Source of the DNA: Octopus sinensis
Lineage: Eukaryota
Assembly: GCF_006345805.1 (NCBI RefSeq)
Contig: NC_043004.1
Location: 99,448,001 to 99,512,000, forward strand
Direction: 5' to 3'
Length of the DNA stretch: 64,000 nucleotides
The first letter of the stretch is position 1; every line of letters starts with the position of its first letter. The notes under the pieces are model-generated. The model had not been told where the DNA came from and ran no database searches. It saw nothing but the letters and a program-made list of their open reading frames with translations. Below, one piece after another: positions 26,531-39,760 of the stretch. The position numbers and the translations under genes were made by a program.

Positions 26531-28253
26531 ATGGTATGTACACATGCATAGTACAATATACACACAGATACACTCACATCTGCACAGTAAAACATTCGAA
26601 GAACTCTCAGATCTTTGTCATTCTATTTATTTATTTATTTATTTATCAATTTATTTATTTTATTTATTTATTTATTCGTGTATTCATTTATAAATTCATT
26701 TGTTCAGTTATTGTCATCTCGTTTTCTCTTCCTCTTCCAGTCAGCATCACAATCTCATTCTTTGAGTTTCCCCTGTTGCGATCTTTCAGTTACACGCACT
26801 CGCGCACGCATAGATACACACACACAACACACACACACACACACACACTCACACACACACACACATACACATACACACACAAAGAAAGAAAGTTACACAT
26901 GCACACATACACACGAGACATACCTACACGCTCCCACTCACGTTTTCTTATTCATTAGTGTTCTCTTTAAAACGCTGGGCAAATCAAAAATTCATTCGCA
27001 AACACTCACTTTCTTTCAGTAAAACACTTTCCCCACACACGCGCATGCGCACACACACATTCTCTCTCACCATCTCTCTCACTGCCTCTGACCTCTCCTC
27101 ACCCTTTTTCTTACATCCTTTTCTCTCTTTGTCACCCCTTCCATTTTATTTACCCACACATGTAATATCTCCTTTCTACAAGTGCTCTCTTTCAAACACA
27201 CACACACATGCGCACACACCGGCTCGCTTATACACAGACACCCGAGCGCGAACACACACACAGACACACACACACACACACACACATACACACACTTTGT
27301 CTGTCACATACACACTCTGTCTCTCGAGCACACATATATACACAGTTCGTCTCTCGCACGTTCTCTTTTACTCTTTCACGCGCATACAAACTCAAACACA
27401 CACTACCCTCTTTCCCTTTCTTTTACTCTCTCTTTCTCTTTCACACACTCTTTCTCTCTCTTTCCATGCCTTGCACTGCCTCTCTCTCTCTCTCTCTCTC
27501 TCTTGTTCTGCCTCTCTTTCTCTCTCTCTCTCTCTCTGAAAATACAACCACAAAAACCAGTTTTACAAATATATGTCTTCTACTACACGCTTAACATAAG
27601 CCATCTCGTATACCCCCTACCACCCTCAACCCCACCACCACCACCACCACCACCACCACCACCATCACCACCACTCCATCTATTCCGACCCGTTATTGTC
27701 AGATGCCTTAATTGGCTGCCCACAAACTAACTTTGCAATTCCAACACATTCCACAATGCATGAATGACCGAATGAACGCATCACATCGTTATACTGTTGT
27801 TGGTTGGTCGGCTAGTTGGCTGGCCTGGTTGCTTAGACCCTTAAGGGCTCTCTCGTCACCCCACCCCCACCTCATCTACAAAGAACACATTTCTAGAAGC
27901 AACTCTTTCAGCATACCTTCGTTGACATAACTAAACAACAGTGGAAGAGAAACCACTTCTCATTAAAGACGAAGGCTTCAGAATTCATTGAAGCATGTCC
28001 GATTTTCTTGGACGTGCCTTTAATGATAGCTAAGAGATTTGGTGAAATCGGTCAATGCGTTTGCCCCATGGCCACTCAGAAAAATACTAAAATATAAATA
28101 AGCAATGCAAATTATTGATTAGGCATTGCTTACTCCGAGTTTCATGCCTTAATTAGCGCTGAAACTCTAACGTATAATTAAAAGTTTATAAATATATATA
28201 TGAGCACAGACATGAACATACACACACATATATATATTAATATGTATATATTT

Positions 28254-28644
28254 AGGCGTAGGCGTGGCTGTGTGGTAGGAAGCTTGATCCTACACTACAT
28301 AGCTCCAGGTTCAGTCCCACCACGTACCACTTGTCCTCTGCTACAGACCCGGACCGATCAAATCCTTGTGAGTTAATTTGGTAAATGGACATTAAAGGAA
28401 GTCTGTCGTATGTACGTGTGTGTGTGTGCGTGTGTGTATGTGTCTTTGCGCCTGTGTTTGTCTTACCCCTACCGCTTGACAACCGGTGTTGTTGTTTTTC
28501 TTTCCCGTAAGTTAGCGGTTCGGCAAAACAATCGATACAATAAGAACCAAACTTCAAAAAAAGTACTGGTGTTGATTCGACTATAATTCTTCCGGGCCAT
28601 GCCCCAGTAAGTCCGTAGTCTCATGACTGAAAGAAGTAAAAGAG
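28254..28644 (+). mobile_element. SINE family B
   Basis: Full family B layout, moderately diverged. Confidence 0.85.
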
Positions 28645-28729
28645 GGAATATATATATATACATATATACATACATATATATATTATATTATATATATATA
28701 TAATATATATATATATATATAATATATAT

Positions 28730-28770
<41 letters not shown>

Positions 28771-28772
<2 letters not shown>

Positions 28773-29029
28773 CGTAGGAGTGTCTGTCTGATAAGTAGCT
28801 AGGCGTAGGAGTGGCTGTATAGTATGTAGCTTGCATTCGAACCACATGGTTCCTAGTTCAGTCCCGCTGCGTGGCACCTTGGGCAAATGTCTTCTTCTAT
28901 AGCTTCGGGCCGACTAAATCTTTGTGAGTGGATTTGGTAGACAGAAACTGAAAGAAGCCCGTCGTATATATGTATATATATATATATATAAGAGTGTGTA
29001 TATGTTTGTCCCCCCAAATCGCTTGACAA
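28771..29029 (+). mobile_element. SINE family B, duplicated 5' end, 3' truncated by the next element
   Basis: ggcgtaggagtg occurs twice (28771, 28802); family B homology stops at cgcttgacaa (29029). Confidence 0.85.
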
Positions 29030-29040
29030 TGGACGAGAAA

Positions 29041-29653
29041 TGGACGAGTGACCTGTTGGGGTCACTCCTAAATTGTTATATTTATATATTTAGTCGATGA
29101 CTATTTTCTCTTTTCCACCAGGCCGCTGGTTGCGATAAATTTCTATTGAATTTTTTGCTACCCTAAATTGACTAATTGATAATTTTCTGAATAATTCTGA
29201 GATTGAATCGGCAGTTTATATTTACTGTTGATAAGTTTGGCGCGAATACGTCAGTTCTTGAAAATTTTAAGTCAGATATCCGTAGGCATCGATACAGACG
29301 CTCGTGTATATTTGTCTCTCCCAGGTCTTTTACTGATGAAGTGTAACCTATGGTAGATTGGCTTAATTTAATTTAATTAAGCTAATTAATCATTAATGAC
29401 ACAGAAAACGTTGCAACGTCTAAAAGATGAATTAGGGTAAATGTTTTTAAATTTTCACCTAATTTCTGAATTAATACTACTTGGCGGTGTGTGTGAGTTA
29501 TGGCTGCTCTTTCTGGTGGACGAGTGACCTGTTGGGGTCACTCCTAAATTGTTATATTTATATATTTAGTCGATGACTATTTTCTCTTTTCCACCAGGCC
29601 GCTGGTTGCGATAAATTTCTATTGAATTTTTTTGCTACCCTAAATTGACTAAT
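29041..29653 (+). mobile_element. 476-bp unit plus 136-bp terminal direct repeat containing a hammerhead motif (Penelope-like or retrozyme-like)
   Basis: 29041-29176 and 29517-29653 are identical except for one T in a homopolymer; ends in (TA)n. Confidence 0.85.
29326..29427 (+). ncRNA. Type I hammerhead ribozyme motif with extended stem II and palindromic stem III
   Basis: TCTTTTA-CTGATGA-A-GTGT...ACAC-A-GAAA-ACGTTGCAACGT-C^-TAAAAGA: 7-bp stem I, perfect 12-nt palindrome, GUC triplet, one extra A after GAAA. Confidence 0.7.
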
Positions 29654-30298
29654 ATATATATATATATATATATGTATATGTATGTATGTGTGTATGTATG
29701 TATGTATGTATGTATGTATGTATGTATGTATGTATGTATGCATGCATGTATGTCCGTGTGCGTGTGTGTGTGTGTGTTGGCCTCTGCGTGTAATGATGTA
29801 TTATGATATTATCTTACATACGTCAGTGAATGACAGAGTCAGTAGAAACTTGTTCAAAATCATATCCTGTTTTTGCAGTTGCTGCTGATGCTGCTGTCCT
29901 TATTTTCCCGCAAAACCAGCACTGACTAAAGCTAGTTCATGTCAGCCGACATGTTTTGGTAGACCAGAATTATATTAACTGATCTGGTGGTTTTTCTTAC
30001 TTTCGGCAGTAAGTAGTGATTTAAGGAATATTTTACTGCTGTTTCTTGCAGTTTGAGTACACTCGTAAACACCACAATGGTACTTTTGATACGCATTACG
30101 AATATATTACGTTCTTAGTTCAATTCCTGAGGAGTTTTGACTTTGCATTTCTTCTTTCCGAGGCCAGTTAAACAAGTTTGCAAGAGGGTCTAAGCAAACA
30201 GGCCAGCCAACTAGCCAATCCGTTCTACTATACCTTATACAGCAATGCTCCAGCATGACAACATTCTATTAGCAAGTATATAACTTTTAATAAAGCAA

Positions 30299-30530
30299 TG
30301 GCTGGTAGAAACACGTGGGGAAAACGCTTGACGGCATTTCGTCCGTCTTTACGTTCTTAGTTCAAACTCCGTTGAGATCGACTTTGCCTTTCATCCCTTT
30401 CGGAGTTGCTAAAATAAGTTCCAATTGAGCACTGGGGTCGATGTAATCGACTTAACCTCTTTCTTTTCCCCGAACTTGATGGTTTTGAGCCAAAATTTGA
30501 AACCAATACCTTTGAGCCAAAATTTGAAAT
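30299..30530 (+). mobile_element. SINE family C variant
   Basis: gactttgcctttcatccc...gagcactggggtcgatgtaatcgact core. Confidence 0.8.
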
Positions 30531-31391
30531 CAATATCTTTGAATATAGTGCCTTATTATGGTCACCGGCTGTTGACTGAAAAATAGTTTGCAAAACATTT
30601 AAGTGAAGTGCCCACTATGCTCACTGAAGTAAAATCTTTCATAAATTAAAGTACAGTACATCAGCATGGCCGCAGTCTAAATACTGAAAATATAAAATAC
30701 TAGATATTTTAGTGTTGTGCCCATTTATGGCCACAGTCTAATCACTGAAACCAGTAAAATAATTCGGTTTCATTTTCTGAATGATTATTTTGTTTTAGTG
30801 TTCCGGGCTATGTATTGTTATATGATAAGAGTATCACATCCTGCTCTGCGACCTATAACCGTTTATTACAAAACTCGATATCAATGAACAATATTACAAT
30901 GAAAAGACTATTCTCTGCATAATATTCCTTTTTCTCCCTCCCAAACATCATCACGACAACCACTATCGGTTTATCTTTAACAGAGCATCATAAACATCAT
31001 TTAGATCGCTCATTCAGCCACAACATCACCATCACCATCAATATCATCAACCGCATTAAAACTGAAAACCACGCTGCACACCATTCTACCATCAGCAGAC
31101 TAACCATCGTCTTCTCATCACTGACTCGAGGGCCTTTATCAATAGCTCCATCATCACCATCACCATCACCAAAACAAAAAACATTATCATCAGTACAACC
31201 ATCGGTTCCAATATGAACATAAGCACTATTTATTTCACCATCAACGCTCCCAGCAGCACTTCGATAATTAGAATCATAATCACCATCATCACCATTAGCA
31301 TCATCCCCTTCTACATCAATGTCACTAAGCACAGACTTGGAAGAAATAGCTAGTTTCTTTTTTTTATCTTGGACAATGTTTCTATCCAGTC

Positions 31392-32028
31392 GATTCAGTT
31401 TCTTTCCAGCACCGTAGGGTTTCACGCACCGTAGGGTTTCATACCTGCTATAAATGATCGTTTCTTTTTATTATAAAAAAGGTTAACTATACGCATAAGT
31501 AACGTAACGTTTTCAATGAAAGACAACATGAAGGCCAACAACAGTTTCTCGTTTAATGTAGACGTCCAATTCCGTAACACGAACAACTGCCTTAGAAATT
31601 ATGCACCGCTCTACCGATCAGAATGTAAGTTGAGAAATGCGTCAAACCCCTTTAAGGAATATAACCATCACAGACACTTGTGTATTAAACCACAGAAGGA
31701 ACAGCAGTTGATTCAGTTTCTTTCCAACATGGTAAGGTTTCATGCAAGGGAAATCGTCTGCTATGAACGATCATTTTTCAATATAATAAAAGTTAACTAT
31801 ACGCATATGTAACGTAACATTTTCTATGAAAGACAACACGAAGGCCAACAACAGTTTCTTATTTAATGTGGACGCCCAATTCCGTGACACGAATCACTAC
31901 TTTAGAAATTATGCAACGCTCTACTGACCAGCATGCAAGTTGAGAAATGCTTCAAACCGCTATCTCTTTAAGGAACATAACCACCACAGACACTTGTGTA
32001 TGACACCACAGAAGAAACGTCAGTTAGT
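31392..32028. repeat. Two diverged tandem copies of a ~318-bp unit
   Basis: gattcagtttctttcc at 31392 and 31710; shared gttaactatacgcata, gaaagacaaca.gaaggccaacaacagtttct and cacagacacttgtgtat. Confidence 0.9.
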
Positions 32029-32865
32029 ATTCGACTTACGTAAAACACATTCAAACGCGTATAGCTTGAAGAAAGAAGATTTGACTGTTTGAATGTCTAT
32101 ATGTTTTTATCGGTCATATTGTTGCTTGTCCTACGTTATCTTAAGTTGATGCTGCAGTGATTATCTCATCTTTTGTCCAGATTTCCTGTATCTCGAAGTA
32201 CATTATCCATTGTCATTTTCATTCTTTTTGACATTGTTCTGAACAATTTGAGTAAACCAGGTTGAGCCTTTTTGCTAAAGTTCCGTTCATACTTTCACTC
32301 ATCATAATCCAGCAAGAAGTATGCATGATACTGAACACACCTAATACGCCAGAAATGCTAATTTTGCCACAGTTTCCGGTATTTTACACATTTAGAGCCG
32401 TATAACTGTCTTTGGGCAGAGAGTAGAGCATTGTTGCTGCGCGGTTTGTGCTGTGTACATACTTTACTTACATATTCGAGAATAATCGTACACTAATAAT
32501 GTTTTGCAAAATGGAGATTATTTCACCTTCACTGGGTACCCATGATTAGCTTGGATGAGCTTACAGCCAACCAGTAAAAGAGACCTGCAGTGGGTGAGAC
32601 ATAGGCTACGAAATATATTTGTAAAATACATTGGAAAATCACGCACCTATATCCATCAGCTTAAATGGATGAAAGTGGAATTTATTCCCTCTTTTCATAC
32701 ACACGTTTAGAAGGCACTAAAAGTGACATAATGCCTCCACTACGCCAATTTACTTAACTATCTAAAAGAAAAAATCAGTACGTTATGGGTGCTTAAGTTA
32801 CACAATTGCTCTCAATGATGTGTCGAAACTGAAGTTGAGCTCAAGCGCTGTGAAGAAATTGACTA

Positions 32866-34117
32866 TCAAGTTGAGCAAACAGTGAGCAACGTTTTGTACC
32901 ATAGATTTGTACAGGATTTTTACAGAGTTTTGAACTTATTTAAACATTGTTTTTGTAATTGTCTGATAATATACAGACATAGACTTGCCCAAATGCATCA
33001 ATGAATTAACATTGAAATCTTTTTCACCGTTGTTACAATCATCTGAAATGGAACTGTCAAAGCGCGGTTTTCGAGCAATTTTGCTATATCCAACTTCAAA
33101 ATAGGGTGTAAAGCAGCTGAAATTGCTCGCGATATAAACGACACGAGTCTTCTCGAAAATTGTTTAAACGATTTAGACGTGGAGACCTGAGCTTTGAAGA
33201 TCGCGAGCGTAGTGGACGCCCATCTGTCATCGATGACGGTCAATTAAAGACCATCATTGAAAAGGAGCCACGTAAACCCACGCGAGAATTGGCAAAAGAA
33301 CTTCAAGTTAGCCAGAAAACTACCAGCAACCATTTGCATGCTATCGGAAAATCAAAAGAGCTCGACCAATGGGGACCGCACGCTTTGAATGAAAATCAGA
33401 AAATGATCAGACATGAATTTTTTCCGTCGCTTATTCTCCATAACCAAAGCGATCTATTTCTCGACCGTATTGTCGCTTGCAATGAAAAGTGGATTCTGTA
33501 CAATAATAAAAAACGTTCTTCGCAGTGGTTGTACCTAAATGAAGCATGAAAACCTTCCCTAAACCCGAGTTCTTCAAAATGAATGTTATGGTGACTGTTT
33601 TGTGGTGTAGCGCTAGACCCATCCACTATAACTTCTTAAAACCCGGAAAAAACCATTACTGCAGAAACATATCGCAAGGAAATTGTCAAAATGAACGAAA
33701 AACTGCTACTCCTCCGTCCCACACTGATCAACAGAAGAGGGCCAATCACTCTTCATGACAATCCTCGATCACACGTTTCACTAATGATGCTTCAGAAATT
33801 TAAGGAACTTAGCTGCGAAGTTCTTCCTCATCGAGCTTATTCCCCAAACCTTTTCCTACCGTTTTCAAGCACCCTGATGGTTTTCTGCGAGTGAAAGAGT
33901 TCAAAAATCATACCGATGCTGAAAGTGCGTTGAAAGAGTTTATCGGCTCCAGAACTCCAGATTTTTATGTTACCGGAATAAACAAACTTGTAACTTGTTG
34001 GCAAAATTGTTTTGATTGTAATGGTATTTATTTTGATGACAAAAATTTCCGCATTATTGAAATATATTGTGATGAATTTCATGCTTAAAAACGTTGCATA
34101 CTTTTTACTCAGCCTGA
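32866..34117 (+). mobile_element. Decayed full-length mariner (Hsmar1/Mos1-like), ~1.25 kb, transposase pseudogene 33048-34040
   Basis: FKRFRRGDLSFEDRERSGRP HTH, QWGPHAL (WVPHEL-like), FLDRIVACNEKW, LHDNPRSH, HRAYSPNL, with stops and frameshifts. Degenerate 30-bp TIRs at 32866-32895 and 34088-34117; TA precedes the left TIR. Confidence 0.93.
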
Positions 34118-34235
34118 CAGATACAAACAGTTCATTGCAATACGATTGCCTGGTTTTATATTCTGAAAGTTAACTGTTGTGGTGAGCACAATGGTTCTGG
34201 GTATGTGTGTGCATATATGTATATATGTATGTATG

Positions 34236-34267
<32 letters not shown>

Positions 34268-34485
34268 TGTATGTATGTATGTATGTATGCATGTATGTAT
34301 GTTTATTCAACATACATACAGACACATATCGAAGAGTAAGAAAACATAAAATGCATGAAAAATAATGAGAACTGCAATAAAGAAATAGAATATAAAGCGT
34401 AGTATACACATAAACGTGGTGTAGATATGTGTGTGTGCGTGTGTGTCTACGTGTATATATATATGTATATATATATATATATATC

Positions 34486-34544
<59 letters not shown>

Positions 34545-34577
34545 CTATATATATATATTTACATATATATATATATG

Positions 34578-34629
<52 letters not shown>

Positions 34630-34679
34630 TGTGCTTGTATGTATGTATGTATATGTATATATATGTGCATATATATATA

Positions 34680-34720
<41 letters not shown>

Positions 34721-35039
34721 TATATGCGTATATGTATGTACGTATATACATATATATTCATATCGAAGTGTGAGGGAACATAAAATACGTGAAAATAATG
34801 AGGAGCTAAATAAAAACAAAACATCAGTAAAGAAGAGGCCGAGAAAGAAAGAAAGAAAAAATAAGAGAAAAAAAACAAGCGAAGAATAACCAAAAAACAT
34901 AAAAAATAAAATAAAGAACAGGGTTTGTGAGCGAAAATTGAAATTCTACTCGGGCAGAACATTTCAAATTCTAATGGAATTTTATCTTGATGACATGTCA
35001 ACTTTCTAGATCTTCATCTGCTTTTCTTTTCCTTCTTGT

Positions 35040-35118
35040 ACAACCACCACCACCACTACCACCACCACCGCCACCACCGCCACCGCTGCTGTTGCTTCTG
35101 CTGCAACTACTACTACTG

Positions 35119-35158
<40 letters not shown>

Positions 35159-35162
35159 TACT

Positions 35163-35218
<56 letters not shown>

Positions 35219-35227
35219 CGCCACTAC

Positions 35228-35287
<60 letters not shown>

Positions 35288-35750
35288 CACTATTACTAAT
35301 ACTACTAATACTACTACCACACCACCACCACCACCACCACCACCACCACCACTACTACTACTACTTGTATTTCTGCTATCGCTCCAGTTTCTGCTCCTTC
35401 TGCATAGTGAAAGTCGTGGATGTAGCTTGTTGCTTTTATTGCAGTCATCATTATCATAGTTATCAAGGCTATCATGTCTATGTGTATTAATGTAATCAGC
35501 AATATAGTCACCAGGAACCTTATTATCGCCATCATCGTCTTCATCATCATCAACTTGATCCATATACTCATCGTTAAGATAGTCTTCCGTATCATAGTCA
35601 TCGTCATCATCGTGCACCACCATCATAACCTTTGCCATCACTTTCATCATCGCTTTAGTTTTTATCTTTACCGTCATCATCTTCGTCGTCGTCGTCTTCG
35701 TCATCGTCATCAATATCTTCATAAACAAACATTCAGCCCTCATCAACATC
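35040..35750. repeat. Long compound (ACC)/(ACT)/(CAT) triplet repeat
   Basis: Read directly; source of the poly-V, poly-L and poly-T ORFs. Confidence 0.92.
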
Positions 35751-36959
35751 ACTAACATGTATGTAGGATGCGTTTTGAAACACTGAATCTCTCTATAGAA
35801 TCAGTTATGAGGTTCTCTAAGGTCTGGAAAGAACACTCAGTGACTACGGAAACCTCAACAACCTCATTTTTTTACTTGATCAATATTCACACACATAAGG
35901 CATACTGTAGACCCTCATAGTAAAAGCCTGTTAATAAAAAAACTACAAATAAGCGCAAGAACTTGTTAAATCTCACTCCGATCACACCCTACTGTATATG
36001 AAAGGGAAAGGCATTCTAAGAAAGATAATCTTAGATATAATGCATCTGAAAAAATCATTGAGACTGGCAAAGTCAGAATGCTTTTGGTTAAAGCTGTTTT
36101 GAGATTGATATATACTCTGCCCCCACGAACCGATGAGGAAGTTTTCATGCAGTCCATCGTATTAGATATAGCAGACAAATCTCTTCCACATCACAAATTA
36201 CAGTCTTGTGAAAATGGAAAACAAATAATGCATGCAATCCTGGCAGTCTGTATCGGGAACGCAGTTATATCACGGCTGGAAAGTGCTCGATGGTTGGTAT
36301 GCCGAATTAGAGATAGGCTTGTAACGAACAACAATGACATCTGGCAATTGCAAGTGTTGCTTGAATGTGCAATTTTTACTTCTCTTCTTATGACAAATTA
36401 TAACCCATAAGAAATCGCACAATTTGTTTTTTAATAGCGAACTTCGAATCATCAATCTTGCACAATAACCGTGGACACAAAGGCAACAGAATAATAACTG
36501 AAAATTGGTGGGATAATGTTTGTTACTATAATAATCTCTAAGCCATGACATTCCCTGTTTCTTCATATACAATCTACCCGAAACATCCAAACTCATCTAC
36601 ATTATCCCGTTACATTAACAAACCGAAACTACTCTAACTACCTCTCATTCCTCAAGGTAAAACATTCACGTTTAATCAACATTTTTTTGCCTAAGATAAC
36701 TATCTAAAAATAAAATTAGCATGCCAAGGCTGTCTCTGCCTTGTGCACAATCAAACGCACTGCTCTATTAGAATGATTTTGTACAGCGAAGAAAAATAAG
36801 TATTTTTAGTTTGCCATGACACGCACAATGTAATAAATGCTACTCAGTTTATTCAGTTTGATTCTTAGAGACATGCTGTATTTGAAACATTGTATGAGTA
36901 AGCATTTTATTAATTCTTTAAATATTAGTAATTCTTTGCAATAAACTAGCTACTTCAAA

Positions 36960-37490
36960 GCTTGTGACAATCCTAGTTGCATATAGCATATCTGATGCCA
37001 TAGATTCTATATAAACTCGTATTTTCTCCGCTGGGGGTGAGATCGAGTATTTTGAAATCCTAGCGAGTGTCATTCAAGATGATACATTCGTGCCATATCT
37101 TTTCATAATCGCTCTGGATTTTGCCTTGAGGGAAGCCATTGTTAATGAATAAAATCTTGGCTTTACAAAGTCATAAAGAGGAAGTAACTGAAACTCAGCA
37201 GCTGTTATATGTGATGCAGACTTTACTGATTACATAGCCCTTTTACCAAATACCATTGATCAAGCTCAAGAAATTCTTCATAAAACCGAATTCTATTTTA
37301 TGAAAATTAGTCTACACATATATATGTTACCAAAACAGAGAACATGTCACTAAACCATGAAGACCGAAAACTTGTCACACTAGATACTGGTATGCTAAAT
37401 CGAATGGATAAATTCGTATATATGGCAGCTGAATAGGTTCATCAAAAAAGGACATCGATATTAGAATTACTAAACTCTGGACTGTAATGG
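36960..37490 (+). pseudogene. RTE/RTE-X clade LINE reverse transcriptase relic
   Basis: GGEIEYFEILASVIQDDTFVPYLFIIALDFALREAI, ICDADFTDYIALLPNTIDQAQEILHKTE and MDKFVY..IGSSKKDIDIRITKLW resemble RT motifs GVLQGDTLAPYLF and DLDFADDIAL. Confidence 0.8.
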
Positions 37491-38616
37491 ACGTCCTTGA
37501 TTTGTGCTAATATAAGTGATTAGATAAATAGTAGAAACATTGTGAGTAACAGTGAGCTGTACCTGCCTTTAGATTTCCTTTTTTCATCTCTGTAAGTTGA
37601 AATCATGTGTATCATTATTGACGGGACATATATCTTCAAGACCGGCAACTTAAAAGAATATACTTTCTCATATGGGAATGCATAATAAATTCTGTTTAAT
37701 TTGTCTGGGAAGAGAAGAAGGGTACACCTATTCTTAGATAGAATAGTGGTCTGTTGCTTGAAGACTTACTTGAAGAGTAATTGAACCTGTCACTGAAACC
37801 CCATGAATCTTTCATCCTTGTTGTAGTGCTTCGTTTGCTTGCAAAGCGAAATCTAGCTATAACACGCTTTGAAAAACATTTAGTGTTGGATGGAATCGCA
37901 GAGAGTCGGAAATTAATGTCGAATGACACGATAAGATCTGCTGACCTCCAGACAGTCGTCCAATATCAATCAACACGACTACTCGTTCTCTTTCCTATAA
38001 TACAAAAATACCATCTTAGAAATCAATAAACATCAGCACCTACCAATATTGATAAAGACAAGTTAATACTTTAATAAAGTCAAGTTGATACTATATGAAA
38101 ATAAAGTTAATACTTTGTTAATGACATGTAATTAAACATTAAATACATGTAATTAAATATTAAAAGAAGCCATCTTAATTCATTAATATATACTACATTA
38201 AAATACTGTTATTGCAATACCAGCTTTCTAAGTGATGGTAATTTTCAGGAAGCTACATATGCAATACATTTTCAATTCCTGCTCGAACCATTTCGTTCAA
38301 ATCTTTCTTAGAAACTATATTTATGATTGAAAATCATGACATCTAAACTCAATCCTTTGCATAACTAATGAGTGAGAATATAGACCAGGTCTTAAGCAAC
38401 ATGATGGCAAGAGCTAGAAATTATTTTTTCTTTAAAAAAATAACTCATTTAATATGACCTGTCGGAGTCATTTCTAAAATACAGAAGCGGTTATCTAAAT
38501 AGACCTAGATAATTAAATGTTCCTCTATATGAATGAGTATATGTGTGTGGCTTTTTTCGTATAACTGCGTGCGCACACGCACACATACATATACATATAT
38601 ACATACATACAAATGT

Positions 38617-38660
<44 letters not shown>

Positions 38661-39206
38661 TTGCATACACACACATATATATTGCTTAAAAAATCATCTT
38701 TTCTCCCTAGGACTAAATAGCGAGTTGGTAAATTGGCACAAGCATTTTATGAGTTAATATAGACATGCCAAGACATTACTCGAATCATATTTAAATTATT
38801 AATAAAGATATGTCAATATTGTGTTAAATACATGCAAATACATAAATACAAACATTTTAATACGTTCATATAATCATGCTAATGTATTAATACAAAGATA
38901 TTTATACATTAATACAGCAAGTATTAATGAGATTGTAATATTCTAATAAAATAATGTTATGACATTACTTCATCTTCAGTCGTAGCAAGAATATAGATGC
39001 GACAAGTGAAGGGGAATATCTTTCAGCGTATTTGTAAGATAGCAAAAGATGTGCAAACAGGAAAGCAAGCTACGATATGAGTTCAAGAAACCTCAATATT
39101 CTATGGTGACGTCAGTATGGTTTGGCAATAGTACAGGCATGTTACTGTCGGAATGTGGCTAAACAAATGTAGTTTATAATTACCAGCCGAAGAATGTAAC
39201 TTGAAA

Positions 39207-39367
39207 TGGAGGTGCAATGGCCCAGTGGTTTTGGGCAGCGGACTCATGATCGGGGGGATCGCGGTTTCGATTCCCAGCCCGGACATTGTGTGTGTTTATT
39301 GAGCGTAAACACCTAAAGCTCCACGAGGCTCTGGCAGGGGGTGGTGGAGACCCCTGTTGTACTCTTG
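39207..39367 (+). mobile_element. SINE family D, 5' part
   Basis: tggaggtgcaatggcccagtgg...ggtttcgattccc, followed by a body shared with the 59345 copy. Confidence 0.85.
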
Positions 39368-39574
39368 AATGGTGGTGCCCCAGTATGGCCACAGCTCGTG
39401 AGCTAAAACTAGATAAAATGATAAATAAAAATGATATCGTTTTGGAGTTTCAAAGTTAGTAACGGGAAGAATGATAGTTACAGCTATGTTCTGTGCGTAT
39501 ACAACTATATTAATATATGAATAAACAGATTCGAAGTCTGCATTGAATTCATGCTAATATTACGGGAATATACG

Positions 39575-39760
39575 GCGGCAAGCTGAGAGAATCGTTACAA
39601 TGCTTAGCAGCATTTCGTCCATCCTTACGTTCTCATTTCGAAATGCTTGTTATCCTTTCAGGGCTGATAAAAGAAGTGCCAGTTGAGCTCTGGTGCTGAT
39701 GTAATTGAATATCGACTTCGCCTGATATTGCTGTTATTATACCAAAATTTGAAACCAATA
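39575..39760 (+). mobile_element. SINE family C, degenerate
   Basis: ggcggcaagctgagagaatcgtta...gcatttcgtcc...ccagttgagctctgg. Confidence 0.7.

Noticed and set aside
30997-31425. 142-aa Asp/Gly-rich ORF on the minus strand
   Set aside because: It derives from a degenerate (CAT/CAC)n repeat.
31605-31650. CCGATCA/CTGACCA...GAAA...GTC in the 318-bp duplicated unit
   Set aside because: G8 is absent in both copies and stem II does not pair.
36078-36410. 110-aa non-repetitive ORF
   Set aside because: No recognisable motif and no convincing splice signals; a length achievable by chance.
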